64,000 nt of DNA from Octopus vulgaris (Eukaryota), in the NCBI GenBank assembly GCA_951406725.2, contig OX597822.1:112468001-112532000 (forward strand), in the 5' to 3' direction. Shown here piece after piece: positions 25,131-41,273 of the stretch. The first letter of the stretch is position 1. Each line of letters begins with the position of its first letter. A model generated the notes under the pieces. It was given only the letters and a program-made list of their open reading frames with translations, was not told where the DNA came from and did not search any database. A program made the position numbers and the translations under genes.

Positions 25131-27269
25131 GACTCTACTCTCAGGAGTGAAGGAAGAAACGATATGCCGTGGCACATACATAAATACATACCTGTATATA
25201 CATGTGTATGCATGTATATGAACATGTGAGAGTATATGCAAAAGCATTTCGATACATATTTATAGAGAATTAGAAAGATGGAAAAGAAAACGTCTGAATA
25301 GACAAGTTCTTAGCAGCCCCGAAAATTTAACGTGAAGCCGTGTCAAACTGTTAGCTGTGTGTATTGAGTGCTACTTTCGTTTCTATATATAATTATATAA
25401 TTAATATTCGGTTGAATCAGGTAATTAAATTGAGGCATCTTGCCAGTTCGGTATAGTTCGTACAGCTCCAAGTTAGGTGAACAGAATGTAAATAAGTAAC
25501 AAAGGTGTACAGGTGTCAATACATTACGGCCGTTTCACACCACATACGCACGCGTACACACACACACACGCATATAGAGAGAAAGATGAATTATTAATGA
25601 GAAATACTTTGCCCCACGCAGAAACGGCAAAAGCCACTTGAAAACATTGCAAGCCACCGCAAAGTTTTCGTTTGCTCACACGTATGAAATTACATACGTT
25701 CGTTAGTATTTAGTAAACCTACTTTTCAATTATTAATGTACTGTGTATCTTGAGGCAAAAATCATCTTTATTTTTTTTTAATTAACCATACAGTTTTACA
25801 TAGAGGGGACACTACAACACATTGGGGATATAAAACATCAAAAAAAAAAAAATACTGTATGATAAGATGAGAAAAAGGGTGAAAATGAGAGATGAGAGTG
25901 ATGTTAACTGCTCCATCAGTCAACATCACCTACTTGTCCTTTTTCCCTATTTTACCGCGAAAACCACAAAGTCCCCAAATTTAACCTCGTATATTTCCTC
26001 GAGCTCATCCTCCCCTTCTTGTGACAATGTTCCTCTTATCAACATAAATACACCCCAAAGTTCCTTTTTAAGTTCCTCTTCCTGATTTTTTGACAATACT
26101 ATTTCCATTTTCTCATGCCATCCATCTGAGGCAAAAATCCTCTTTAGATCAGCAAAACATTAGGATTTTTAGACGGGATAATGTCTTCTGTTTACAAAAG
26201 AATTATCGCGATGATAACTGAGTGCTACGTTTAAGTACGTTGTTTACGTTGAGTTAGAGAATTACGTCATAAGTGTTGTTTTGGATTGGCAACGCAGAAG
26301 GTTGTTTTGAAATACAAAAAGCCTTGCTTTCGAACAGTGACAAATAATAAGACTCTGGAGAGAAAAAAATTAAACTGCAGAAATTTGATTACTGAATTGC
26401 TAGCTAGTTAGTGACACTGTTGTTTAGTTTTAAGTCAACACATATAGTTGACATTTGAAATGGAAAGGTAAGTCTATTCACTTTCTTCAGAATATCTCAA
26501 TAAACATCTGACATTAAAAGAGATTCTACAATCATTTCACAGAAACATACTCGGCACTAATAACATTAAAATTCATTAGTTTAGTTATGAAGGCAAACAC
26601 TTATCCTGCTTCGTGGAAATTTATCAATATTTCTCTCAGTAAAGCTTCGTGACGTACTTATGTCTCGTCAAATTTAATACTTCCATGACAACCGAAAAAC
26701 TAATTCGCTTCTTAGTGGCCGACTACATACTTTGCTATTTCCGTTCTACACCCACAGTTCGTGATGTGGATGACCGATAAGTATGGAATCGATATAGGAG
26801 TAATTAATGTATTTCATACTAGAACACATTACCTTTTTACTAGTTACAGACCGTGGGATGTGGCTCTGATGGTTTACTGTCATCACTGTTGCTACAACTC
26901 TCGTTCTTGAGATGATTTTTAGTATAAGGAATTTGCTACAAATAACCAGATTTGTAATTTATACTGTGACGTAATCTCATCTTGTGTCTTAGACAGACTA
27001 ACTGTTGTTTGAATGCGTTTGAATCTATTCCACATAAATCGATTATGTATTTTTTGCAGGAAACTCAAAATCTGTGAGTCTTTGAAACTTAGGCTATTGC
27101 CTCGTTTCGTCTTTATTCTCGATGTGGATACCTTTGAAACGATCCAGTAGCAAAGACTGACAGTTCTCAATAACAAAGTTTAAGGTTAATTCTTTCGTGA
27201 TCTTCAATATATATCTAAAGAACCAACAACACAGCGGGTAATTTTTAGAGTAAAAGGCCATCGAATCAT

Positions 27270-27414
27270 ATATGTATGAGTGTGTGTGAGCATGTATGTA
27301 TGTATGTATGTATGTATGTATGTATGTATGTATGTATGTATGTATGTATGTATGTATGTATGTATGTATGTATGTATGTTTGTATGTATGTATGTATGTA
27401 TGTATGTATGTATG

Positions 27415-27466
<52 letters not shown>

Positions 27467-27490
27467 TGTGTGTGTATATATATATATATA
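27270..27490. repeat. (TATG)n/(TA)n microsatellite
   Basis: Seen directly. Confidence 0.95.
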
Positions 27491-27559
27491 TTCTTTTATT
27501 CGTTTATATGTTTCAGCATCGAGGCCTTGGGGCACCGCCTTTGTAATCACCTTTTAATT

Positions 27560-28850
27560 GGCAAATTCTTTGGGTTTGGCTTCTGGTGAAGGAGGAAGTT
27601 CGATATCGCTGCCCTCTTTGAGTTTCCTGCCTTTATATTGGTTCATCTGGGATCTTGGATAGTAGAAGGAAAAGTTGTTTCTTGAAAACATCTACTCCCA
27701 CTCCATGGAGGTCCCTCAGATATTTTAGAAAGGAGTTAAACTGCTGTGGGCTCTTGAATATCAAGCTATTGCAGTACATGGTCCTCTCCCTAGACGAGAC
27801 AGCTGGGACTTTTGGAACAGTGCAATAACGTCTATTTCGAGGTCTGGTATAACTCTCAATTCCAAAGTTTGGTGCCAGCTCATCCAATATCTCCCATACA
27901 TATATCCCTGCGTACCTCTTCCGTATTCGTTCCAGGGAGTAGAGTCTTGTTCTTTCAATCTCTCCCAATAGCTCAGCTGTTCCATTGATGCAATTTTCCT
28001 CGTGTAGTATCTCTGAAACGCCTAAAGTTCAGCTATTAATCCTACAGTGTAGGGTGACCATAGTTGAAAGTAGTAGTCCAGACGGATGAGAACAAATTTC
28101 CTCCATAGGACCGGCATAGTTTCCAGGTCCCTTGTTCTGAGGGTTCTCAGAATCCATCCGGCCATTCGTCTGCACACTGCCACCATCTTGGTGATATGCA
28201 TGTGAAACGAGGCACCGATGCTCTTATAAATCCCAAGATCACGCACCATAAGTGATTCTAGGATTTCCGTTCCTTTTGGTCCAAAGTATCGTTGTTGTGA
28301 CTTCTGAGCACCAATTTTCTGGTAGCGGAGGGCTTGGAATTTGCCTGCAGTAAATTGCATGTTGTTGTCCTCAGCCCATTTATATATGGCACCTAGGTCT
28401 TTCTGTAGAATATTAGCATCAGAAGGTTCCTTGACTGCTTCTACTACTTTTGTGTCGTCGTCATAGCTAGCAAGTGTGGCTATCTGTGTAACTGATGGCA
28501 TGTCTGAAAGAGCCACTATGAACAGTAGTGGTGTTCCCTATGGGTCCGACATATATTTACCACAAACAGTAAATGTCCACGGTAGTTCCTTGAGGAACTC
28601 TAGAAAGAATTATTGTATTCTTTTTATAAGGTACCGTTGGCTGCAACCACTTCACAAGTTTTCCAGTTGAACTGAAATCACGCTGTTTTCAGCATAGCAT
28701 CCCGTGAAATTTTGTCGAAAGCCTTCGCAAAGTCTAAAAGCCAAAGTTATATCAATTCTTAGTTGTAATGCTTGCCGAAGTGTGAGTAAACTTCTACTCA
28801 AGCGGAATCTGAGCTGAGAGTCAGTTAATAAATTACTAGTTAAAGAATTG
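27560..28850 (-). mobile_element. Decayed CR1-group LINE (RT and C-terminus)
   Basis: LDFAKAFDK, SYDDDTKV, LQKDLGAIYKWAEDNNMQF, VRDLGI, RLDYYFQLWSPY, SYWERLK..LYSLER. Confidence 0.88.
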
Positions 28851-28901
28851 TAATATAAATATAGTATTGAAAATACGGTGTTGACTATTAACAAATGTAT
28901 A

Positions 28902-29242
28902 CTCTTTTACTCTTTTACTCTTTTACTTGTTTCAGTCATTTGACTGCGGCCATGCTGGAGCACCGCCTTTAGTCGAGCAAATCGACCCCGGGACTTATTC
29001 TTTGTAAGCCCAGTACTTATTCCATCGATATATTTTGCCGAACAGCTAAGTGACAGGGACGTAAACACACCAGCATCGGTTGTCAAGCAATGCTAGGGGG
29101 ACAAACACACACACACACACACACACATGTATATATACATATATACGACAGGCTTCTTTCAGTTTCTGTCTACCAAACCCGCTCACAAGGCATTGGTCGG
29201 CCCGGGGCTATAGCAGAAGACACTTGCCCAAGATGCCACGCA
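28902..29242 (-). mobile_element. SINE family A, 5'-truncated
   Basis: Reverse-complement match, with (ctctttta)n tail. Confidence 0.9.
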
Positions 29243-29919
29243 TTAAACTTTTATCATCGTATTCTTTCATCACGGATGGGTGTCTATTCTTTCTTTTATC
29301 AAACTATGACTTATTTTCCATTGAAAATATATGCATTTTTATTTAGTCGTTGAAATGTTTCAGATGAAATATTTTCGTTTACTGTTTTAGCATCTTGTGA
29401 CACACTAGGCCATGTCTTACTCTCTTTCCTTTTCTCAATCAACCTTTATTGGAAATTGATAACAATGTTGAAAATAGAGATGATGATAAGTTTGTGCTTG
29501 ATAATCACAATGTCAAAGAGTGTCAGCTTCGAAGAACAATCGCCAATACTATTTCTAGCGTATGCTTACATAAGACAATTGCTTTTCAATGATAGTCGAT
29601 GTTGTTCAGATACAGATACAGATACAGATACAGATACAGATAGTCTCAACTGTTCAGATACAATAATTTGGCCAGACTTTTAACGTATGATATTTTGAAT
29701 CTCTGATATTACTTCGAACAAGTTTTACTTGCTATAAATGGATTTATTAAATGGTCTCTATATTTAGTCAAGTACACAATTTATAAAATAGCAGAATGGT
29801 TACTCTAGGTTATAAACGTATATCAAAAATAAATTACTGCCATCATGCGATAAACATGAATTGTAGCATTATCTCTAAAATTACTTTGGTAACTACATAT
29901 GGAGATTAATCTTTGTTTT

Positions 29920-30094
<175 letters not shown>

Positions 30095-31858
30095 AACTAT
30101 TATTAGTCGACCGTAAGTTTTTCAGTTTGAAATAGGATTAAGACCTGACGATACTTAATAATAAACTTCCAGAATATGAACGAGAGAATTATTGAGAGAA
30201 AAAATAAAAATAGAATCATTCTATCTTAGGCCGCTATTAACATTGTGCAATGTAACATAGAGCTTTATGTCCGAAAGCAATAATTTCTGTTGTTTCTTTA
30301 TTTACACAATTAAGTATTGCATAAAAATTCTCAGGCAGTTGTTTTTCCAAGTAAGTCGTCGTGTAAATTGGCATTTTGAGAGATGAAAGCACTCCAGTGC
30401 TCAGGAGAGCTTCACTACGGTCTGAGGAAGCGCCCTCTACGGTTTATTCCGCTTGCCAACTTCGATCAGCCATCTGATAGTAAACAAAATTGTATGTAAT
30501 CCAGGAATAGATCGCAGATAGAGTCATTTTGTTTGACGGGCTCGCTTTCATGGAGGAGAAGTATCGGAAGAAGCAGACGACAACGGAGTTGTTCAAGACG
30601 ATGGAGAATCAGACTCTAGATTAAAATACAGCCATTTTATATATCTAAACAATTCCAAAAGTACAAAAATACAAATAAGCATCAAAGAATTGATTATAAA
30701 ACAAACTCTTGTGTAAAACCTCAATTTTCCTAGGCTGCCCTAATATGTATTTGATATACGATATTATATTAATTTCGTTCATAAATATTTAAATGATATC
30801 TGATGGTTTATGCCAATGACTCAAATTTTAATTAACAATTTAAGATTATTTCATTACAACCTGACAAAAGGATTGCATTTTTTTTGCTTGTTAATTGTTT
30901 CGTATATAAAGGTTTTCTTTTAGCCAATTCAACACTTGGCATTTGTTGAAGAAGAAAATTGTGATGGGGACACATTAAGGCTCTTTGTCGTGCCTTAGTA
31001 TTATAAATGAAGTAAAATGCATCAACTGGGATAAAAACTGGGTTCCGAATTCATGTGCCAAGAAATTCGACTTGTATTTTGCTTATAACTGGTGAATAAT
31101 TCATTTGGTTAACTTCTCTTTAAATTAATTATCGGTGAGCACTGTTCATAAGTAAGAAAAACATAAGATGAGCCCAGACTATGAATTGTTTAGGCTTGCA
31201 AACCCTTTTGAGGTCGATAAAATAAGTATCAGTCAAGCTCTGGGGGTCGACATAATCGACCAGCTTCCTTCTCCAAAATTTGAAGCCTTGTACCCATAGT
31301 GGAAAGAAAGGATTATTTAGTCTAAGAAAGAGGGTTGGCGAAAAAAAAAAAAAAAGACATCCCCCCCACCAAAAAAATTTATGCCACTCCCGTCAGATAT
31401 GCACTTAACCAATTATTGGCCTGTCAGATAAGTGACCAACGACACTATGTTCTTAAATCGCGGCATTAAATAAATACCACGTGGTGCAATGAATAAATAG
31501 AAGCAGATATGCAAGGTTCCGTTAAAGGAAGGTATGTAAGGTGCCGTTAACGTTTCTAGATGGAAGATATGTATGTACTGTAAACAGATACTTGAAGGGA
31601 CAATTATATCAGACAGACAGGATTGATCGATATCCTATAATTATAGAGTGCAGTATCAGATATAATGCAATATCAGAGCTAAAGCGTGTAAGTCTTCACT
31701 GATGCTATATTTTCAGTCTACGTCGTTCTTAAACTGGTGTCTCTACAACACATGCACAGTTTTAGGTATAGACTTAGATGCAACCACACAGCACCACACA
31801 CATACTAGACTTAGAGGCAATCGCAGAATATACACACATACACTTCGGTACAATCATA

Positions 31859-31895
<37 letters not shown>

Positions 31896-32078
31896 AGACT
31901 TTGGTACAATCACACTACACACACACAAACACACACACACATATATAGAATTAGATGCAGCCGCACAACATACACCAATACTTAGATACAATTACACAGC
32001 GTACATATATATGTTGGTGCAACAATGTAGCACACACACACATATACTTAGTACAATCAAACAACACACACACACATA

Positions 32079-32119
<41 letters not shown>

Positions 32120-32220
32120 TAGTGTAATGACAAAGCACACACACATGTAAGAATTTTCTATGGTATGCTTGTAATTTACTTGTAAATAGATGAATGTGTA
32201 TATATGTAGATCTATAACAA

Positions 32221-32260
<40 letters not shown>

Positions 32261-32464
32261 TTCTCTGTGTAGCCACATATTTGTGTATTTGAGGGTGCGT
32301 GTGTATGTGTGGAAGAGCAGTTATGATGACAAAAGAAGGCAAGAGTGAAACAATAATTTGTATGTGTTTATTTAAATATGTATGAATGTAGTATACAGTA
32401 CGTGTGTGCATGTGTGTATGTGACAGATAGATAGATAGATTGAAAGATGGATAGATAGATAGAC

Positions 32465-32509
<45 letters not shown>

Positions 32510-32514
32510 TATAG

Positions 32515-32557
<43 letters not shown>

Positions 32558-32681
32558 CTGATGCTAAGACGAGGGTCGAGATTCTGAGAAATAGGCAGTG
32601 GGTGGGCGAGGGGTAATAGGTATATATTTATATGTCAAGCGTAATCTAAGTAGTTATCTCTCTATCTTACACACACACACA

Positions 32682-32713
<32 letters not shown>

Positions 32714-32921
32714 TCCATTATTTATTTATCTAGATTATGTATTCGTGGTGAGGTAAGGGAGGAGATTGTAACACACACACACACACATATGTTTTTGTCA
32801 CGTGATGAATAATTAACCCAAACTTAATAACGGCAAGTGTAATAAATAAATGAGATAATTATATAAAATTCGATCAACAATACAAGGGGTCCTCCTGATC
32901 GGAAGAAACATATTTACGAAA

Positions 32922-33514
<593 letters not shown>

Positions 33515-33834
33515 TATATATATATGTTTTGCAATAAAAAATCAACATTTACTTGTAGATAGATGAATGTGTATACATGTAGATCCATAACAAGTCTGTC
33601 TGTCTCTCTCTGTCTCTGTCTCTCTGTTTCTCAGCGCAACAACATATTTGTGTAGTTGAGTGTGCGTGTGTATGTGTGGAAGAGTGTTATGATGACAAAA
33701 AAAGATATACCTATTCCCCCTCGCCCACCCACTTCTATTTCTCCGAATCTCGACCCCTGACTTAGCATCAGTCGTTCCCTTTCTCTCTCCCTCTTTCTGT
33801 CTTTCTCTCTCTCTCTCTCCCCTCTCTCTCTCTC

Positions 33835-33879
<45 letters not shown>

Positions 33880-33924
33880 CATCTATCACACGCATGCACA
33901 CATACTGTACACCGCATTCATACA

Positions 33925-33976
<52 letters not shown>

Positions 33977-34001
33977 AAAAAGATAAAAATATATATACAT
34001 A

Positions 34002-34388
34002 TTTTACTTGTTTCAGTCATTTGATTGCGGCCATGCTGGATCACCGCCTTCAGTAGAAGAAATCGACTCTAGGACTTATTCTTTGTAAGCCTAGTACCTA
34101 ATTTATCGGTATTTTAGACCCAACTGCAAAGTTGTGGGGACGTAAACAAACCCACATCGGTTGTCAAGTGATGATGGGGGAACAAACACAGACACACACA
34201 CACACACACAAATATATACATATATACGGACTGCTTTCAGTTTCTATCTACTAAATCCACCCAAAAGACTTTGGCTGGCCTGAGGCTACTGCAGAAGACA
34301 TTTGCTCAAGTTTCCACGCAGTGGGACTGAACCCGGAACCATGTGGTTGGGAAGTAAGCTTCTTACCACACAGCCACACCTGCGCCTA
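34002..34388 (-). mobile_element. SINE family A, full length, diverged
   Basis: Reverse-complement match ending in cacagccacacctgcgcc. Confidence 0.88.
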
Positions 34389-34409
34389 TATATATATATA
34401 TATATATAG

Positions 34410-35796
34410 AATGGCATGGTCTGTCACAAACTGTCCATACAAAAAGGTCATTGTGATTCACCTTCTCGATCGTGACATTCTCCTTTAAATCTCTTGAGTC
34501 TTGCATACGTTATCCTGGCCTCTTCAAACGCTTTCACTCCACTTCACACTTTTGTTCGTCATCCAGTTCGATCCGAAGCAAGAGTTTCTATGCCTTCTGG
34601 ATCTATTCCAAGTGACTTCGTGGTAGTCCTTATGCCGTCCTTGAATCTTTTTTTAAGGTTTACACCGATAGCGTTTCCCCTCTGCAAGCTCACCATAAAA
34701 CAGCTGTTTGGGTGTGCGTTCATCTGCCATTCGAACAACATGGCCACACCATCTCATTTGATTTTTCAAAATCATTGCTTTAATTGAGGTGATGCCGGCA
34801 GACGCAACTCCATTTAATGTTTAAAATGCGATGGTGGCATTTTTGGTGGAATTGTTCTAACAATTTGAAATGTTTTTCGTAACACGTTCATATTTCAGAA
34901 CAATAAAACAGGAATGGGAAGAGATTTGTAAAGAGCCAATTTTGTATTGTTATTTATATGTCCTTGGCGCCAAACGCGTGATTCTAAGCCACCAAATGCT
35001 TGTATTGCCCTTTCAATTCGCAGATATATTTCTGTTTCCAAATTTCCATAATTTTGTACAGAGCTTCCAAGGTAGACGGAAGAATCAACAACCTAAAGTA
35101 GCTTACCCTTAACAAAAAATTTAGCGTGGTTGCTAACAGCACCATACGCAGGTTGATGCATTACAACTACTTTTTCAAGTTGATGGTCAGGCCAAAATCA
35201 TCACAAGCTGAATGAAATGCGGATGCAAGAGATTGCAGAACTGTTTCAGAATGACTGACTAGATTGCAATCGTCAGCTTATAAGAGTTCCCTAATGAATG
35301 AAGCAAAGACCTTCGTTTTGAATTTTAGTCTAGTCAGATTTAAAAAATTCGCTGTTTTTCGATATTTTATGTAAATACCCTGCTCGGAGTTTTGAAAAGC
35401 GTGTGACAACACAACAACAAAATATATTGCAAAGAGGGTTGGTGCATCATGGTCTCCTTGCTTTACTTCGTTTTCCACAGCAAAAGATTCAGAGAGCCCA
35501 CTACCAAAATTAACTGTAGCTTTCATATCTTGATGCAAAGCCCTGATCATGTTTACAGTTTTTTCTGGGCAACCTATTTTCGTTAGGATTAGCCACAGAG
35601 CATTTCGATTAACAGTATCGGATGTTTTGCTCAAATCAATAAAGCAATGGTAAAGGGCAAGATTCTGTTCAATGCATTTTCCTTGCAATTGTTTGATAGT
35701 AAAGATACAATCAGCTGTGCCACTAGAGGAGCGAAAACCACACCGAGACTCAGATACCATATTTGGAACTATGAAAGTATTTAAACGTTCTAACAA
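34410..35796 (-). mobile_element. Decayed RTE-BovB-like LINE
   Basis: [53 protein letters not shown]...VKQG..APTLFAIYF; C-terminal KRFKDGIR...IETLASDRTG. Confidence 0.88.
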
Positions 35797-36490
35797 CCTG
35801 CCAGAAACAACCTACTTTCAATTTCCTTGCTAACTTTGAACTCCATACTTTTCTCAGTTTATGGCATGCGCTCCAGATAAGAGCTTTCCTGGCCACGATG
35901 TATTTTTCAGTACTTGGTGTCCACGCACCAAAGTATTTGAAATTTTCAACTACTTTGAGCGACTTACTGTCCCTCACTTTCACTGACACAGGCATTCCGT
36001 GATTGAACACTTGCAACTCTGTTTTCTTTGCGTTTACAGTGCAATCCAACCTTCCTCGATTCCTGCTCCAATCTGCTCAGCACCTCTTGTGCCTGATCTG
36101 TCCTCTCTGGACAGTAATGCCAAGTCATCAGCATAGTCTAAGTCAGTTGCTGATACTGCTTGATGTCGTCTACTTCTTTGCCTATGCAATTTGAATTCTA
36201 GTTCTTCCTTGCCCTCGTATGTCCTACGTATTACATAGTCCAGAACGATGGCGAAGAGATAAGGTGCTAGCGTGTCGCCTTGTAATACTCCGGCTTTGAC
36301 TTCAAAATATTTCGTCTCTCCATCAGGAGTGATCACTTTCTCTCTGGTGTTCTCATACAGCTTATTGCTCTCAGAATTCTTGGTGGAATATCATATGCTT
36401 GAATCAAAATCCTTTTTAAAGACTACATAGATAATGATAGCCGTCCTGTTTGGCTCTTAACTCCTTCTATCAATCTTCTAAGTGCTACAG
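35797..36490 (-). mobile_element. RTE-X-like LINE RT fragment
   Basis: TPDGETKYFEVKAGVLQGDTLAPYLFAIVLDY, DLDYADDLALLS, VNAKKTE, ENFKYFGAW. Confidence 0.85.
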
Positions 36491-36526
36491 AGTGCAAGAA
36501 AAGTGCATTGAACAAAATCTTGCCCT

Positions 36527-36982
<456 letters not shown>

Positions 36983-36984
<2 letters not shown>

Positions 36985-37127
36985 AGTTGCAGCGTGAAAG
37001 GTGTTTATAAGCCATTTAAGAAACACACAAAACCGTTAGATTCACTTCAACATTTAAATTTAATTTGTCAAAATATTTTCGGCGCTTTGAGACCGCGACC
37101 TGTTCACTGACAAAACTTCGTGCTGCA

Positions 37128-37131
<4 letters not shown>
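36983..37131 (-). mobile_element. Short (TA)n-embedded repeat carrying a variant hammerhead-like fold
   Basis: Non-repetitive island of about 150 bp between (TA)n tracts; contains the 37064-37114 motif. Confidence 0.6.
37064..37114 (-). ncRNA. Candidate type I hammerhead ribozyme with G3-C8 core swap
   Basis: Minus strand TTTGTCA-GTGAACA-GGTCGC-GGTCTCAAA-GCGCC-GAAA-ATAT-TT-TGACAAA: 7-bp stem I, 5-bp stem II, palindromic loop III. Confidence 0.55.
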
Positions 37132-37930
<799 letters not shown>

Positions 37931-38074
37931 ATAAATATATATTTGCGCGCGCGTATGTATATGTGTGTGTGTATAAAAGCATGCTATAGTGTATGTGTGT
38001 GTTTAAGCATGTTTGTGTAAAATGAATAGTACAGCGTTTCGGACACTTGTTAACCTGTAGAAAAATAAAGGAAC

Positions 38075-38312
<238 letters not shown>

Positions 38313-38694
38313 GCTAGGTCAATTGAAAGCGAGGTCAAGTGCATATTTGCGAAAGTGAAATCTCGGGTTATATCTATGATGTGCTATTGTCACAGTGACA
38401 GAAACATCACGTGTGCGCTTAAAGAGGATTATCTGTTAATCTGTTGCAAATATGATTTATCGTTATATCATTTGATTGCGAACTATCCCATAGGTAAACA
38501 CGTGAAACAGTCACACAGACACACGCACATACACGCACACACACACACACACACAAGCGCACACAAGCGCACAAAGATACACACACAACACACACACAAA
38601 ACATACACACGGATAAACATGTACACTCTTACATAACTGTTAAATTCTCCCACCCTTATGTACACATATACCTGTATGTGTGTGCGAGCATGTT

Positions 38695-38758
38695 TCTGTC
38701 TGTCTATCTATCTATCTATCTATCTTTCTATCCATCTATCTTTCTATCCATCTATCTT

Positions 38759-38805
<47 letters not shown>

Positions 38806-38826
38806 GTCTGTCTATCTATCTGTCTG

Positions 38827-38877
<51 letters not shown>

Positions 38878-38881
38878 ATCC

Positions 38882-38961
<80 letters not shown>

Positions 38962-38989
38962 GTCTATCTATCTATCTATCTATCTATCT

Positions 38990-39055
<66 letters not shown>

Positions 39056-39105
39056 CATCTATCCATCTATCTTTCTATCCATCTATCTTTCTATCCATCT
39101 ATCTT

Positions 39106-39152
<47 letters not shown>

Positions 39153-39190
39153 CTCTCTCTCTCTCTCTCTCTCTTTATCTATCTATCTAC
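38695..39190. repeat. (TATC)n microsatellite
   Basis: Seen directly; explains the LSIY ORFs. Confidence 0.95.
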
Positions 39191-39225
39191 ATATGCATAT
39201 GTGTATATGTGGATATATAGGCCTA

Positions 39226-39515
39226 GGCGTGGCTGTGTGGTAAGTAGCTTGTCTACCAACCACATGGTTCCGGGTTCAGTCCCACTGCGTGGCACCTTGG
39301 GCAAGTGTCTTCTGCTATGGCTTCGGACTGACCAAAGTCTTGTGAGTGGATTTGGTAGACGGAAACTGAAAGAAGCCCGTCGTATATATATATATATGGG
39401 TTTGTGTTTGCCCCTCCCCCACCATCGCTTGACAACTGATGTTGGTGTGTTTACACACCCGTAACTTAGCGGTTCGGCAAAAGATGTCCGATTGAATAAG
39501 TACTAAGCTTACAAA
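39226..39515 (+). mobile_element. SINE family A, 3'-truncated
   Basis: Match to family A head and body. Confidence 0.9.
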
Positions 39516-40417
39516 GACTGATACCAAGAAAACATCATCGCACCTCATCCTTCTTGATCACGAGCAGCACTCAGTTTGAGCGCTCAAATGTCGCTCCAAT
39601 TATTAGATTTCATTTTTCTCAACGATCTCTCCCAGTGAAAGCACATTTTTAGCAAAACTAGGACTGCTTTCTCATAACCAACCCTTTGCCAAGACAGAAC
39701 AAAGTTCAGTCTCCAACATTTATTGATATACAAGCTCAGTTGAGGCCCACAATGAAGTATTACTCTCATATCCAGGATAGTGTTGCTGTTGCCCACACAA
39801 ACATCCTAGATCACATCCAAAAATGGCAACCCGCATTATTGGTGTCAACCACTGATATACTTAGGCCTCTGGCTTACAAATATTGTCTCTTCTCTGTACT
39901 TTATACGATTTCTATAATGGCCTCTGATCTTTGGAACTAGCTTGATGGTTATGCCATCCCTACTCAGGTTTTCTTGTCCTATCGTCTAATCTTCTTCCAA
40001 TCTCCTCTAGGCCCCGCACCAATTACTATATCTTGTCATTCCTTCCCAAAAGGCTCGTTCTCTGGAATTCCCAACCTGCTCATATCTTCGCAGCATAGAA
40101 AGCTATGAATATTGCTTGTTCCTCTTGAAACAACAAAAAGAATCATATTAATCATTTATGTTCGTTTTGGAACGTTGGTATTCCTAAATCTATTAATCCA
40201 TTAACGTTTCAATATCTCTCCTTCGTTCGCACTCCACCATAAACATGAAAAACAGTCATCAAAAGCCGCAACATCGCTCCAATTGTTTGCTTTCATTATC
40301 TTCAAGAATCCTCGACCCTCAACGTAGCTAAAACTGGACCTCTCTTTAGAATCCCTATGTTAAAGATGGCCAGTGTATTTAGGGCCAAAATATATTTCAA
40401 CCTCCAGCAATTACTAG

Positions 40418-40585
40418 CTTCAAAATTTGGCACAGGGCCAGCAATTTAGGGGGAGGAGCTAAGTTCGATTAAGTCGATCCCACTGCCCAATTGGTACTTA
40501 TTTTATAAATCACGAAAGGATGAAAAGCAAAGTCGACTCCAGTGGCATATAAACACAGAACGATTCTGCCTGTTAGCCGCATTGC
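40418..40585 (-). mobile_element. SINE family B variant, degenerate
   Basis: ttggtacttattttat...gaaaggatgaaaagcaaagtcgac. Confidence 0.7.
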
Positions 40586-41079
40586 CTCCAATAATTATTG
40601 ACACTCAAGAAAGCTCAACCGAGGCCCACAATGTAGTATTCCTCTCACATCTGGAAAGGTTTTAATGCTCCACACACATATAGGCAAATAAAATGATTGA
40701 AGAATGGTGTTTCGACGAGCTTTTCTTTGAGTAGGAAAGGACCACGGGTGTGCTGCTAATCTTCCCGCTTCCAGCAGTGAATTTGAATATTATTCAATGC
40801 ATAAATTCAAAAGATTTGTCACTTCATTTCCAGTATTGTATCTATGTGTTAATATTTTTCTATTAGCCAAGCCTCTATAGTACTCTTCCCATTTATTGTG
40901 AACTATATTGAATTGTAGTATTGTCCAATATTGTTTTTCTATGTTTTTTTGTTGTTGTATGTACTATGTTGTGAAGAGTTGTGCAGCGATAGCAGCTTGT
41001 AAATGCATGGACTAACGATAGTAGAGTGTTACGGGTTCGAGCCTACTACATGTCATTATGGACAAAAGTGTCTACCCCA

Positions 41080-41270
41080 ATATCCGTGGAACAAGCTGCC
41101 AGACGAGATGGTGAAGATGCCGACGACCGCTTTGTTCAAAGCCTCCCTTGACCTCAAGTGGCCTGAACTCTTTACATGAACACCACCCTGTACTTAACTC
41201 CATGTCCCCCTACATGGCCTTGCTATTTGCTTTTGAGCCAAATTAACTAACTAACTAACTAACTAACTAA
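41080..41270 (+). mobile_element. CR1 LINE extreme 3' end
   Basis: PWNKLPDEMVKMPTTALFKASLDLKWPELFT-stop, then UTR and (CTAA)n tail. Confidence 0.8.
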
Positions 41271-41273
41271 TAT

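Noticed and set aside
27050-27110. RKLKICESLKL, resembling a PLE GIY-YIG C-terminus
   Set aside because: Too short, and no upstream GIY-YIG motif is recognisable.
38658-39464. 268-aa LSIY-repeat ORF, and all YI/HT/CV/MYVC ORFs elsewhere
   Set aside because: Microsatellite translations running into SINE sequence.
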